From an uncultured Acidobacteriota bacterium (GTDB taxonomy: Bacteria > Acidobacteriota > UBA6911), in NCBI GenBank assembly GCA_963809485.1, contig CAWEJX010000005.1, positions 1 to 64,000 on the forward strand: a stretch of 64,000 bases of DNA. The letters are read 5' to 3'. Shown here one piece after another: positions 29,805 to 40,277 of this stretch. Within the stretch, counting starts at the first letter, position 1, and every line of letters starts with the position of its first letter. The notes under the pieces were generated by a model. The model was not told the DNA's origin, did no database searches, and was given only the letters and a program-made list of their open reading frames with translations. Both the position numbers and the translations under genes were made by a program.

Positions 29805-30581
29805 ATGAAGACAGTCGTTTGCGTCAAGTATGTTCCCGATACAACCATCAAAGTGAAAATTGCGCCAACCGGCAAGGATGTGGATCTCGCGGATGTCGCC
29901 TTGGTCGTGAATCCCTACGATGAATTTGCTGTGGAGGAAGCCCTCAAAATCAAGGAGAAGCTCGGGGGCGAGGTCGTCGTGGTAGGGGCCGGCCCGGAGT
30001 CTGCGACCACCGGGCTCAGGACATGCCTGGCCATGGGCGCGGATTCTGCCGTCCTGGTCCAGGACGCTTCGCTGGAAAAGGCCGATTCCTTCGTTATCGG
30101 CTCGGTGCTTGCCCGCGTTTGCCGCAACCTCAATCCGGATCTGATACTCTTCGGAAAACACGCGATCGGCGTCGATAACGCGCAGGTGCCGGCGGTGGTG
30201 GCGGAGCAACTCGATCTCCCGCAGGTAACCGTAGTGACCAAGCTCGAGATTCAGGACAAGAATTTTCGCGCGGAAAGAGACATCGAGGGAGCCGAGGAAG
30301 TTTTCGAAGGAACCCTGCCGGCCGTTATTACGGCCCAGAAGGGATTGAACGTGCCGCGCTATGCATCCCTTAAAGGCATCATGGCTGCCAAGAAAAAGCA
30401 GATTGCCATCCAGACTCTGGACTCACTCGGATTGACTGCGGACGATCTGAAACCGCGCATTTCGGTTGAGCAGATCACATTGCCCCCAACCCGTCCGCCG
30501 GGGAAGATCCTCAAGGGAGAGGTTTCCGAGGTGGTGCCTAAGCTGGTTCAATTGCTTCACGAAGAAGCCAAGCTCATTTAG
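29805..30581 (+). CDS. etfB: electron transfer flavoprotein beta subunit
   Basis: VCVKYVPD, NPYDEFAVEEAL, LAMGAD, PRYASLKGIMAAKKK. Confidence 0.95.
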   Translation: MKTVVCVKYVPDTTIKVKIAPTGKDVDLADVALVVNPYDEFAVEEALKIKEKLGGEVVVVGAGPESATTGLRTCLAMGADSAVLVQDASLEKADSFVIGSVLARVCRNLNPDLILFGKHAIGVDNAQVPAVVAEQLDLPQVTVVTKLEIQDKNFRAERDIEGAEEVFEGTLPAVITAQKGLNVPRYASLKGIMAAKKKQIAIQTLDSLGLTADDLKPRISVEQITLPPTRPPGKILKGEVSEVVPKLVQLLHEEAKLI

Positions 30582-30634
30582 GCTGTCGAACACGCCATGA
30601 ATTTTTGCGCCATAAAGATAATCAAGGAGGGAAG

Positions 30635-31615
30635 ATGGCTCAGGGAATCCTAGTCTTCATCGAGGAACGGGAAGGCAAGGTCAAAAAGACATCGCTCGAA
30701 GCTCTGTCTGCCGCTCGGAAAATGGCCGACACCATGCAGGAAGCCGTCGTTGCGCTACGCATCGGGGCCGGGGAACCATCCGCCAATCTAGCGCACTTCG
30801 GGGCGGACCGCATCGTTTCCGCTCAGCACGATTTGTTGAATGCCTATTCCACCCAGGGCTACGGCGCCGCCGTTGCCCAGGCTGCAAAGAAGCTGGAGCC
30901 GCGGTTCATTCTGAGCTCCGCGAGCGCCATGGGCAGGGATCTGATGCCGCGCGTCGCGGCCAAACTGGGCGTGGGACTGGCGCAGGACTGCATCGAAGCC
31001 CGCGTCATCGAGGATAAGCAGCTCGAATGCGTCCGCCCGATCTATGCCGGCAAGGCATACTCCAGGGTGCGCCTGCTGATGGCTCCCGCCATGGCGACCC
31101 TTCGCCCCAACGTGTTCTCGCTGGGGGAGGCCGACACCGCGCGCAGCGCGGAGACGGAGGTTTTCGTGCCGGAACTCGATCCCGCAAAGATCCGGGCATC
31201 GGTCAAAGAAGTCAAGGCCACCGCAGGGCAGAAGGTCGAGCTCACGGAAGCGAACATCATCGTTTCGGGGGGAAGAGGGATCAAAGGACCGGATTTCTTC
31301 CCGATTGTGGAAAAGCTGGCCGATGCTTTGAACGGGGCCCTGGGCGCTTCGCGCGCCGCGGTGGATGCGGGGTGGATCGACCATCAGCATCAGGTCGGAC
31401 AGACAGGCAAAACGGTATCCCCTACACTCTACATCGCTTGCGGGATCAGCGGCGCCATCCAGCACCTGGCCGGGATGTCTTCGTCCAAATTCATTGTGGC
31501 CATCAACAAGGATCCTGAAGCGCCGATTTTTAGCGTGGCGGACTACGGCATCGTGGGCGACGTTTTCGAAGTCGTGCCGGCGCTGACGGAAGCCATTAAG
31601 AACCTCAAGTCCTGA
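30635..31615 (+). CDS. etfA: electron transfer flavoprotein alpha subunit
   Basis: [47 protein letters not shown]. Confidence 0.95.
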   Translation: MAQGILVFIEEREGKVKKTSLEALSAARKMADTMQEAVVALRIGAGEPSANLAHFGADRIVSAQHDLLNAYSTQGYGAAVAQAAKKLEPRFILSSASAMGRDLMPRVAAKLGVGLAQDCIEARVIEDKQLECVRPIYAGKAYSRVRLLMAPAMATLRPNVFSLGEADTARSAETEVFVPELDPAKIRASVKEVKATAGQKVELTEANIIVSGGRGIKGPDFFPIVEKLADALNGALGASRAAVDAGWIDHQHQVGQTGKTVSPTLYIACGISGAIQHLAGMSSSKFIVAINKDPEAPIFSVADYGIVGDVFEVVPALTEAIKNLKS

Positions 31616-31902
31616 TTGATCGGGAACTCTGCAACGCCGGCATCCGCGGACAAAAGCGCTGATGAAGGCGGACCGCGCGATGCTCGCGGGGTTCCCGGCA
31701 AGGCGGCGCAGAGGGCATGAATGGGATGCATGCGAGGATGGGTCTGCGGACCTGTCCGGCGTTGGGTTGAAACATCGATCTAGCCCACGGATCCGTTGCA
31801 CGCGAGAACGCAGTGTGCCGGATCTGTGGGCTATTTGTGTTTTTTATTCTATACTTTATGCCAGGTGCGGCCCGAAATGCATATCCTGCGGGATTATAGC
31901 CA

Positions 31903-34221
31903 ATGGTGGTGACGAAGCAGCGGGGATTCTTAACGCTGATGGACAACCTCCGCAGCAAACTGACCTGGCGGGACGTGCTGGTCGGTTTCTGTGCGGCCGT
32001 TGTCATCTCGGCCAGTCTCATAGGGTTCCGCTATCCGTCTATCCCGGAGTACAGGGTTGGCCAGATATCCGCTGCCGATGTTCGTGCGGGGCAGGATGTG
32101 GTCTATGAAGACACCGCAGCCACCGATTTAAGGCGGGCGGAAGCGGAAGCCGGAGTCCCCGCCGTGTACCAGCTGGAATCCGGCCTGATCGACAGCCAGG
32201 AAAAGATCATCAGCCGGGCTTTTTCGGATGCCCGGGCTGTCCTGGAGGAAAACGGGATCACTCCTGAGACGAAGCTGAGCAAGGCGGCCGAGTCCGGCCT
32301 TCTCAAAAAACTGGAAGCCCGTGTCGGGCGGACCCTCTTGCCGCAGATACTCCCCATCCTTTTGCGACAGCGCTTCAACACGGACCTGGAAGGACGCCTG
32401 GTAAAAATTTTCGATACGGTGCTGCGCGATGGCATCGTCGCCGACCGCGCGCAGTTTCTCAAGGATCAAAGGGCGGGTATCGTGACCCGCGACGGCCCCT
32501 TTGGCGCGGAGCGGCCTCTGAGCGATTCGTATATGGCCCGGGATATCGCCGCAGCCAGGGAGCACCTGGGCAAATTGAGCGAGGGGCTCCCCGGATTGTC
32601 GCGCAGAGACCGGAGGATTCTGGCCCAGAGTCTGGAAACCGCGCTGTCTCCGACGCTTGTTTATAACCGGGAGGAGACTGTGTCGAGGCGGGCCACGGTT
32701 TCTTCGAGAGTGGCCCCGGTCATGATGCGGATCAAGCGGGGCCAGGTAATAGTCCGCAGCGGAGAGCATGTCACTCAGAACATTTTCGTGCAGCTGGATG
32801 CTTTGAGGAACATGCGCCATGCAAGTTCGCTGGTGCGGCAATACGGGGGATACTTCCTTTTTGCCGCGATCCTGACGTACACCCTTTGGCGCTATCTTGC
32901 CCTGTATCAGAGCCGTCACCGCAAAATACGCAAGCACACGGCATTGATTCTCACGATCGTCGCGACCGAGCTCGTCACGGTGCGTTTGGCCACGGCCCTT
33001 GCCGACATCCTGGGCGAACAGTTTCCGCGGTTCCACGATCCGTCGGTCCTGTATTACGGGATTCCATTCGCTTTCGGCGCGCTCCTGGTGACTTTGCTGG
33101 TCGATGTCAACCTGGGTATCATCACCAGCATGATACTGTCGGTCCTGGTGGGCCTTTTTTACGGCGATGTCAACCTCGCCGTGTACCTTTTGATCGGAAG
33201 CCTGGCGGGCATATACAGCATCCGTCAATACAAGGACCGGGCCGCCATCCTCAAGGCGGGGCTGACCATCGGGATCGTGAATATCGTCTGCATCGCGGGC
33301 CTGGATATTCTTCACCAGGTGGCGCAGCACCTCTCCGATGTGCTCGACCAGATCGTTCTGGCGCTGCTGGGAGGCATCCTCGCTTCGGCCGTCGCTTCCA
33401 TTCTGCTGCCCGCACTGGAAGCGCTTTTCAAGGTGGTGACGGACATCCGCCTGCTGGAGATGTCGAACCTGAACGCGCCCGTGTTGCGGCGGCTGTCGGT
33501 GGAAGCGCCCGGCACGTATCATCACAGCCTGATGGTGGCGACGCTGGCCGAAGACGCCGCCGAGAGCGTCGGCGCCAATCCGCTGCTCGCGCGCGTCGCG
33601 GCCTATTACCACGACATCGGGAAGATTCTGAATCCGGAGTTCTTCGTGGAAAACGAATCGGACGCCGGCAGCAGGCATGAGAGGCTTACGCCGCGGGAGA
33701 GCTGCTCCATCATTTCCAGCCATGTCCGGGAAGGCCTGAGGCTGGCCCTGGAGGCCGGCGTGCCGCAGCGCATCAGCGACATAATCCCGCAGCACCACGG
33801 CACGCGCATCATGACCTATTTCTACAAAAAGGCCCTGGAGATGGGCAGCGGCGGAGACAGCCAGGCCGACGAGGCGGATTTCCGCTATCCGGGCCCGAAG
33901 CCTCGGCGAAAAGAGGCGGCCATCATCATGATGGCGGATTCCGTCGAGGCAGCGTCCAAAACACTCGACGATCCGACGCCTCAGCAGATTCAGGCGATGA
34001 TCAACCGGCTGGTGGATGAAATAATAAACGACAACCAGTTCGATGAATGCGATATCACTTTCAGGGATGTGCAGCGGATCAAAGAGAGCTTTTTCAAGAT
34101 CCTAAGCGCCGTTTTCCACCACCGTATCGACTATCCGGGATATGACTTCAAAAACGTCGGTGAAGAATCCAGGAACGCCTCCGGACGGAATACAGGTCCT
34201 GAACCGGCAAAGACGGTATAG
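31903..34221 (+). CDS. 7TM-HD (HDIG) membrane phosphohydrolase, PgpH-like
   Basis: Large extracytoplasmic domain, about 7 TM helices, APGTYHHS, AYYHDIGK, QHHGT, FRYPGPKP, MADSVEAA. Confidence 0.9.
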   Translation: MVVTKQRGFLTLMDNLRSKLTWRDVLVGFCAAVVISASLIGFRYPSIPEYRVGQISAADVRAGQDVVYEDTAATDLRRAEAEAGVPAVYQLESGLIDSQEKIISRAFSDARAVLEENGITPETKLSKAAESGLLKKLEARVGRTLLPQILPILLRQRFNTDLEGRLVKIFDTVLRDGIVADRAQFLKDQRAGIVTRDGPFGAERPLSDSYMARDIAAAREHLGKLSEGLPGLSRRDRRILAQSLETALSPTLVYNREETVSRRATVSSRVAPVMMRIKRGQVIVRSGEHVTQNIFVQLDALRNMRHASSLVRQYGGYFLFAAILTYTLWRYLALYQSRHRKIRKHTALILTIVATELVTVRLATALADILGEQFPRFHDPSVLYYGIPFAFGALLVTLLVDVNLGIITSMILSVLVGLFYGDVNLAVYLLIGSLAGIYSIRQYKDRAAILKAGLTIGIVNIVCIAGLDILHQVAQHLSDVLDQIVLALLGGILASAVASILLPALEALFKVVTDIRLLEMSNLNAPVLRRLSVEAPGTYHHSLMVATLAEDAAESVGANPLLARVAAYYHDIGKILNPEFFVENESDAGSRHERLTPRESCSIISSHVREGLRLALEAGVPQRISDIIPQHHGTRIMTYFYKKALEMGSGGDSQADEADFRYPGPKPRRKEAAIIMMADSVEAASKTLDDPTPQQIQAMINRLVDEIINDNQFDECDITFRDVQRIKESFFKILSAVFHHRIDYPGYDFKNVGEESRNASGRNTGPEPAKTV

Positions 34222-34642
34222 GATTCACCGGGAGGCTGTGGCTTCCTTCTGTGCCGGTCTGCTCCGGACGCTTGGCCGGCCCGCCCGGAACGTGTCGGTT
34301 GTTTTTGTCAGCGCACGGAAGATGCGCGCCATGAACCGGCATTATCTCGGCAGAGACTACGAGACCGATGTGCTCAGTTTTTGCTATGAGGACGCCGCGG
34401 TCGAAGGATCGGCGCTCCTGGGAGAGATCCTCGTGGCGCCCGAGGTGGCTGTCCGCCAGGCCGGTGACTGCGGCGAGGATCCCGCAAGAGAGCTGAGAAA
34501 GCTTCTGGCGCACGGCTTGCTGCATCTTCTGGGATACGATCACGAGACCGACCGGGGCCGCATGAACCGCGTTCAAGCCCGTCTGATGCGGCAGGAGCCG
34601 CACAATTCGCCGGCAATGGCCGACTTGGAAGCGCGACGATGA
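34142..34642 (+). CDS. ybeY: rRNA maturation endoribonuclease YbeY
   Basis: TDVLSF and HGLLHLLGYDH motifs. Start codon uncertain because it overlaps the HD gene. Confidence 0.9.
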   Translation: MTSKTSVKNPGTPPDGIQVLNRQRRYRIHREAVASFCAGLLRTLGRPARNVSVVFVSARKMRAMNRHYLGRDYETDVLSFCYEDAAVEGSALLGEILVAPEVAVRQAGDCGEDPARELRKLLAHGLLHLLGYDHETDRGRMNRVQARLMRQEPHNSPAMADLEARR

Positions 34643-35934
34643 CTTTCACAATTGAACTGGCAGCCGTGGCAGTGTGCGTGGGATTTCTATTCTTCCTGGC
34701 GCTGGTGGAGAGCACCGTCATACAGTCCAGCCTGCTCACGCTGCGCATGATGGCCGAGCGCCTGGAAAAGCCGGCATCCCCGCTCCTGACGCGCGTGCTC
34801 GAAAACAGGATGGAGATCCTCGGGCCGCTGCACTTCGGACTCCAGGTTTCCCTGATAACGCTTGCGATCCTGACGACCCACCTTTTTGTCCGCGCCTGGC
34901 CCTGGCATGGCGTCCTGTTTTCCTTTGCCACCCTTTTCCTCATATCGATTTTTTTCCGCCAGTTGGCGCCGCTCCTGCTGACCCAGAACGAGCCCGAAAA
35001 AAAGCTGATCGGGCTGCTTCCGGCATTTTCTCCTGTCTACAGCGTCCTTCGCTCCCTCAGGCTGCCTATCTCCAGCATATTGAAACTGTTCAGGCGGCTC
35101 CACGATGAGGTCGAAAACGGCGGCAAGCCTGAGAGCGAAGAGGTGACGGGCGAGGAAATCCAGGCCTACCTGGATATTGGCGAAGACGAGGGAATCCTGC
35201 AGGAGGAGGATTCCGAACTCATTCAGTCCGTGGTCGAGTTTGGGAATACCCTGGTTCGTGAAGTGATGACGTCACGGACCAAGATTGTGGCCTGCGAGGA
35301 AAACGCCACCATCGCCGATCTGCGGGAAATGATGATACAGCATCGCCATTCGCGCATCCCGATCTACCGCGGGGACATGGACCATATCGTGGGAATCGCG
35401 TACATCCGCCAGCTCATGGCGGCCTATGTCAAAGGCAGGGAATCCGATCCCATAGCCGGACTGGTCAATCCCGTGATGTTTGTCCCCGGAACCAAGCCGG
35501 TCTCCAAGCTCCTGAAAGAACTCCAGGAAAAAGGCGACCATACCGCCATCGTGATTGATGAATTCGGCGGTGTTGCGGGACTGGTCACCATCGAGGATCT
35601 GGTGGAGGAGATCATAGGGGAAATACGGGACGAGGATGAAGCCAAGGTCAGCAAAATTATAGAGGAAGGGCCCAGGACCTTCGTCATGCGAGGCAGCACG
35701 GAGCTTTCCCGGCTGGAGGAACTGACGGGCAGGAAATTTGATGACCTCAACTGCACGACCGTGGCCGGGCTGATCATGGGATTCCTGGGCCGGGTCCCGT
35801 CGCCGGGTGAAGCCTTCGAGATGGAGGGATTGCGTATCCAGATCCTGGATGCGGACCGCAAACGGGCGCATTGGATCCGGATCCAGCTGCCGGATGTCCA
35901 GAGCGAGGAATCCCGGACGCAGAAGGTCCAGTGA
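34639..35934 (+). CDS. hemolysin/CorC family protein (CNNM-CBS-CorC)
   Basis: N-terminal TM helices, VREVMTSR, HSRIPIY, VIDEFGGVAGLVTIEDLVEEIIGEI. Confidence 0.9.
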   Translation: MTFTIELAAVAVCVGFLFFLALVESTVIQSSLLTLRMMAERLEKPASPLLTRVLENRMEILGPLHFGLQVSLITLAILTTHLFVRAWPWHGVLFSFATLFLISIFFRQLAPLLLTQNEPEKKLIGLLPAFSPVYSVLRSLRLPISSILKLFRRLHDEVENGGKPESEEVTGEEIQAYLDIGEDEGILQEEDSELIQSVVEFGNTLVREVMTSRTKIVACEENATIADLREMMIQHRHSRIPIYRGDMDHIVGIAYIRQLMAAYVKGRESDPIAGLVNPVMFVPGTKPVSKLLKELQEKGDHTAIVIDEFGGVAGLVTIEDLVEEIIGEIRDEDEAKVSKIIEEGPRTFVMRGSTELSRLEELTGRKFDDLNCTTVAGLIMGFLGRVPSPGEAFEMEGLRIQILDADRKRAHWIRIQLPDVQSEESRTQKVQ

Positions 35935-36106
35935 GCTTCCGGCCGGTCGTCAGCTTTCGGATGAATTACGCTGACATACGCTGAAAGAAGCGCTGACGCA
36001 CGCCGACTGATGAAGCAGGCGTCCGGGTAAGTCAGCCATAAAAACCGGTTCGAAAATGAGCCGTTTACCGTGAATGTTTTCACCGGTGCTCATTGCCGGA
36101 GAACAT

Positions 36107-37297
36107 ATGTTTGATGCCGAGGACCGCAGGTTCATGCGCAGGGCGATTGCGCTGGCCGAGAAAGGGATCGGCCGGGCGAGCCCCAATCCGCCGGTCGGTT
36201 GCGTCGTAGTCCGGGACGGCCGGATCGTGGGCCGCGGCTGGCACGAATACGCTCTTCTGGATCACGCCGAAGTCCGCGCTCTGCGGGAGGCGTCGGACAG
36301 AGCGCGCGGCGCCACGGTTTATGTGACACTGGAACCCTGCTGCCATCAGGGCAGGACGCCCCCCTGCGTGAACCGGCTGATAGAAGCGAAAGTCGGCCGG
36401 GTTGTCGCCGCGCGGCCCGATCCGAACCCCGCAGTCTCGGGACGCGGCATCGAGATGCTGCGGTCCGCCGGCATACGCGTGGACGTGGGGCTCATGGAAG
36501 AAAAGGCCGGCGAACTCATAGAATCCTTCGCCTGCCATATCACCACGGGCTTGCCGCTGGTTGTCTCCAAAGCCGGCATGTCCCTGGACGGCAAGATCGG
36601 CACGGGAAAACCGGAGGGACGATACATCACCTCACCCGAGAGCAGGGAATTGGGACAGCTGTTAAGGCTGCGCGCCGATGCGATCCTTGTCGGCGCCGGT
36701 ACGGTATTGGCCGACGACCCGGAGTTAACTTACCGGGGAGCGGTTGCCAAAGGCAGGCCGCTGACAAAGGTCATCCTCGATCCGCATCTGAAAACGCCGG
36801 AATCGGCGCGAATTTTCCGCGATGCTTCGCATTGCCCGGCCGTGCTGTTCTGCAAAGCGGGCACGCCGGGCAGGCGGCGCAAAAGAATGGAAGACCTGGG
36901 CGCCGAGACCGTCGCGGTCGCCTGCCGCGGGGACGAACTTGATCTCAGAGCCGTGTTGAAGGAACTGGGCAAAAGGGGAGTGCTCGGCCTTCTGGTGGAA
37001 GGCGGCAGCCGTGTTCACTGGTCCTTCCTGAGCGGCCGTTTGACCGACAAATTCTACTTTATGATTGCGCCCCTGGTGCTTGGCGGTCAAAACTTCGTTC
37101 CATCGGTCGGGGGCAAGGGTTACGGGTCGGCGGCAGAGTCTCCCAAATTCAAAATTCGCAGCAGCTTCAACGCCGGACCGGATCTGATCCTGGAAGCCTA
37201 CCCGTCGTATTCGAGATCGATCCTTTCGCCTTGGCTCTCTCCAGAAACCGCTCCATTTCGCGGGCGATATCGGGCGCCTTCATCAGGGCGGAAATAA
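36107..37297 (+). CDS. ribD: riboflavin biosynthesis deaminase/reductase RibD
   Basis: PNPPVGCV, HAEV, TLEPCCHQGRTPPC, SLDGKI, DDPEL, LVEGG. Confidence 0.95.
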   Translation: MFDAEDRRFMRRAIALAEKGIGRASPNPPVGCVVVRDGRIVGRGWHEYALLDHAEVRALREASDRARGATVYVTLEPCCHQGRTPPCVNRLIEAKVGRVVAARPDPNPAVSGRGIEMLRSAGIRVDVGLMEEKAGELIESFACHITTGLPLVVSKAGMSLDGKIGTGKPEGRYITSPESRELGQLLRLRADAILVGAGTVLADDPELTYRGAVAKGRPLTKVILDPHLKTPESARIFRDASHCPAVLFCKAGTPGRRRKRMEDLGAETVAVACRGDELDLRAVLKELGKRGVLGLLVEGGSRVHWSFLSGRLTDKFYFMIAPLVLGGQNFVPSVGGKGYGSAAESPKFKIRSSFNAGPDLILEAYPSYSRSILSPWLSPETAPFRGRYRAPSSGRK

Positions 37298-37850
37298 CGG
37301 CGACGCTGGCCGCGCCCGCGTCCAGGGCTTCGCGGATCTGATCGAAACCGATTCCGCCGATCGCAGCCACAGGAATCGAGGATGCCCGGCACGCGCGGGC
37401 CAGGCCGTCCAGGCCCGCAACCGGGGCCGCGTCCTGCTTGGTAGCCGTTGCGTACACGGGCCCGAATCCGATGTACTGAATGGCAAGATGCTGGCAGCCG
37501 CGCACCTGCGCGAGCGAATGGGCTGAAAACCCTATAATGCTTTCAGGCCCAAGCACAGCCCTCGCTTCTTCCGGAGGCAGATCCTCCTGCCCCAGGTGAA
37601 CCCCGGCCGCGCCGCTCGAAAGCGCAAGATCGCACAGGTCGTTGACGATCAGCCGGACGTTTCTGACCGAGCAGAACTCGACACACTGCACGAGGTCGGG
37701 CAGAAGCTCGCTGGCCGGTGTGTGTTTGTCCCGCAACTGCACGAGCTGCGCGCCCCCCCGGACGAGTTCCTTCAGGATGCTCAAGTGGGTCGGCCGTTTG
37801 GCGAGCTGTTTGTCCGTGATCGGATAGACCGGAGGGAGGATAAACGTCAT
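37167..37850 (-). CDS. thiE: thiamine-phosphate synthase
   Basis: VQLRDK, LIVND, GVHLGQEDL, GFSAH, GPVYATATK, AIGGI, AVISA. Confidence 0.93.
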   Translation of the reverse strand: MTFILPPVYPITDKQLAKRPTHLSILKELVRGGAQLVQLRDKHTPASELLPDLVQCVEFCSVRNVRLIVNDLCDLALSSGAAGVHLGQEDLPPEEARAVLGPESIIGFSAHSLAQVRGCQHLAIQYIGFGPVYATATKQDAAPVAGLDGLARACRASSIPVAAIGGIGFDQIREALDAGAASVAVISALMKAPDIAREMERFLERAKAKGSISNTTGRLPGSDPVRR

Positions 37851-37950
37851 AGAAATCCCAACGACTTGCTGCGCGCTATATGTTACACGTGGAACGTGAA
37901 ACGTGGAACGCTATAAAGCAACTGCCACTATGCAACCACAGATGCCCCAA

Positions 37951-38037
37951 TCCCTCAGACCCTTTGATCCTCTGATCCTCTGATCCTCAGATCCTCCTGA
38001 CCCTCAGACCCTTTGATCCTTTGATCCTTTGATCCTC
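37951..38037. repeat. octamer tandem repeat (TGATCCTY)n
   Basis: About ten imperfect TGATCCT(C/T) or AGACCCTT units between accC and thiE. Confidence 0.8.
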
Positions 38038-39377
38038 TAAGAGCGGTTCCACCGTTCCAGAAAGCGTGTGTCGATCCTGCCGGCGCGGAAATCTTCGTCG
38101 GCCAGAATCTTCTGGTGAAGCGGAATGGTCGTCTGGACGCCTTCAATGACGGTCATTTCCAGCGCACGGCGCATGCGGCTGATGGCCTCGGCGCGGTCTT
38201 TTCCCCAGCAGATGATTTTGGCGATCAGCGAATCGTAATGAGGCGTGATCACGTATTCATTGTAAGCCGCAGAGTCGACCCGGACGCCGATTCCGACGGG
38301 CGGATGGAAGGTGGTCAGCTTGCCGGGGGAAGGTAAATACGTGTCCGGGCTTTCCGCATTCACACGGCACTCGATGGCGCTGCCGCGAAAAACGATATCT
38401 TCCTGCCGATAGCCCAATTGCTCGCCGGCGGCTATGCGTATCTGTTCCTTGACCAGGTCGAGTCCGGTGACCATTTCGGTGACAGGGTGCTCGACCTGAA
38501 TGCGCGTGTTCATTTCCATGAAATAGAAGCGGCCTCTGTCGTCGACCACGAATTCCATAGTCCCGGCGTTGGTGTAACTAACGGAGCGCGCGGCCTGGAC
38601 TGCCAGGCTGCCGAGCTCTGCCCGCATCGACGGGGTCAGGTAGGCGGAAGGGGATTCCTCGATCAGTTTTTGGTAGCGCCTTTGAATCGAGCACTCTCTC
38701 TCCCCAAGATGGATGGTATTGCCGTGCTGATCGGCCAGAATCTGGAACTCAATGTGGCGCGCGGCAGGGAGGTATTTCTCAAAATAGACATCGCCCGACC
38801 CGAAGGCGGATTGCGCCTCGTTGCGGGCGATTTCCAGGGCTCCCGGGAGTTCTTCCGGCGTCCAGACGATGCGCATGCCTTTGCCGCCGCCGCCCGCGGC
38901 CGCTTTGACAATCACGGGAAAACCGATTTCGTGCGCTTTGGGAACCGCGGAAGCAAAGGGGGGCTTGATTTTGTCCGTCCCGGGCACGACGGGCAGTCCC
39001 GCCTCGCTCATGGCCTTCCTTGCGACTTCCTTGTCGCCCATCAGCCTTATGATGTCGGGGGAGGGGCCGATGAACTTGATGCCGCAGGCTTCGCACACTT
39101 CGGCGAAATAGGCGCTTTCGGATAGGAAGCCGTACCCGGGGTGAATGGCATCGGTGTTGGTGATTTCCGCGGCGCTGAGGACTGCCGGGATGTTCAGGTA
39201 GCTGTCGGCGCTGGGCGGGGGGCCGATGCAGACGGCCTCGTCGGCGAAGCGCACATGGAGCGAGTGCTGGTCGGCCTGGGAATACACGGCTACGGTCGGT
39301 ATCCCGAGTTCCTTGCAGGCACAGATGATGCGGAGGGCGATTTCACCGCGGTTGGCTACAAGTATCTTTCGAAACAT
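38037..39377 (-). CDS. accC: acetyl-CoA carboxylase biotin carboxylase subunit
   Basis: [46 protein letters not shown]. Confidence 0.96.
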   Translation of the reverse strand: MFRKILVANRGEIALRIICACKELGIPTVAVYSQADQHSLHVRFADEAVCIGPPPSADSYLNIPAVLSAAEITNTDAIHPGYGFLSESAYFAEVCEACGIKFIGPSPDIIRLMGDKEVARKAMSEAGLPVVPGTDKIKPPFASAVPKAHEIGFPVIVKAAAGGGGKGMRIVWTPEELPGALEIARNEAQSAFGSGDVYFEKYLPAARHIEFQILADQHGNTIHLGERECSIQRRYQKLIEESPSAYLTPSMRAELGSLAVQAARSVSYTNAGTMEFVVDDRGRFYFMEMNTRIQVEHPVTEMVTGLDLVKEQIRIAAGEQLGYRQEDIVFRGSAIECRVNAESPDTYLPSPGKLTTFHPPVGIGVRVDSAAYNEYVITPHYDSLIAKIICWGKDRAEAISRMRRALEMTVIEGVQTTIPLHQKILADEDFRAGRIDTRFLERWNRS

Positions 39378-39386
39378 TGGCGGGGA

Positions 39387-39875
39387 CTAGCCTTGCCTGC
39401 GGGGGCGGATGCCGAAGAGTTTTTGGCCGAATTCAATCGGGCGGCCGTTTTCAAAATACACCCGGACGACTTCCCCCGCGATATCCGAAGGTATCTCATT
39501 CATGAGTTTCATTGCTTCCACCAGGCATAGGATCGTGCCTTCCTCGATCTGGTCTCCCGGCCTGACATACGGTTCGGCTCCCGGGGAGGGCGCCCGGTAG
39601 GCGGTGCCCACGATGGGAGACGTGACGAGGTGAAGGTCTTCGTTCACCGATTCTTCGGCGTCTTCCTTCGGCGGCAAGGCCGCCCCGGAGACATCGGGCT
39701 GCAGCGCAATCTCTTCCGCGGCCGCGGATGGCGAGGCCGCGAGTGAAACCACGGCCGGACCGGTTCCCGATCCCCGTTTGATTTTCACGCGGGTTCCGGA
39801 ATGCTCCAATTCAAACTCACTGATGTCGCTCCGGAGCACTTCGCGGATCAGTTCTTTAACTTCCTTGATGTTCAT
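39387..39875 (-). CDS. accB: biotin carboxyl carrier protein
   Basis: MNIKEVKELI..., SPIVGTAYRAPSP, EAMKLMNEI (biotinylated Lys). Alternative start at 39887. Confidence 0.95.
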   Translation of the reverse strand: MNIKEVKELIREVLRSDISEFELEHSGTRVKIKRGSGTGPAVVSLAASPSAAAEEIALQPDVSGAALPPKEDAEESVNEDLHLVTSPIVGTAYRAPSPGAEPYVRPGDQIEEGTILCLVEAMKLMNEIPSDIAGEVVRVYFENGRPIEFGQKLFGIRPRRQG

Positions 39876-39889
39876 GCCTGATTCCATTG

Positions 39890-40277
39890 GCAAACCCCCG
39901 ACTCTGCCGGGGGACTCATAGAGTTTGACAGCTCCGTATTTTGAAACGCTGAGATACGCTGACAAAAGCGCTGACAAACGCCGATCTGTTCGGCGAGGGT
40001 CGGCGAGCAAAAGCCGATGAGGCGCTTCCGATGAAGTTTTCTGCGGCGGCACTGTGGCAAGCGCCGTGCGGTAAGGAGATGGAGAGTATGAGAAACCGGG
40101 CGTTTGCCACAGTGCCGCCGCAGAAAACTGTCCAGCGCGGAGCGCTGGCCCCTGCGGGGATCGGAAGCGCCTCATCGGCTTTTGCCCGCGTAAGTCAGCG
40201 TTCAAGACCAGCGTAACTCCTCCAACCGCTTTGAGCGGTTCAAATCTTGCCTCCGGCTTTGCCGGAGGTACCTGACT
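39890..40277 (+). mobile_element. non-autonomous palindrome-rich element with IS200-like ends, copy 1
   Basis: Terminal hairpins CCCCCG..CGGGGG and CCTCCGGCTTTGCCGGAGG, AACCGCTTTGAGCGGTT, and two nested 26-bp inverted repeats. Repeated at 46707, 52242 and 55257. Confidence 0.8.

Noticed and set aside
39387-40205. 272-aa AccB with a long N-terminal extension, and similar ORFs at 46695-47142 and 55162-55601
   Set aside because: The extensions are translations of the non-coding repeat element and recur in several frames and strands.
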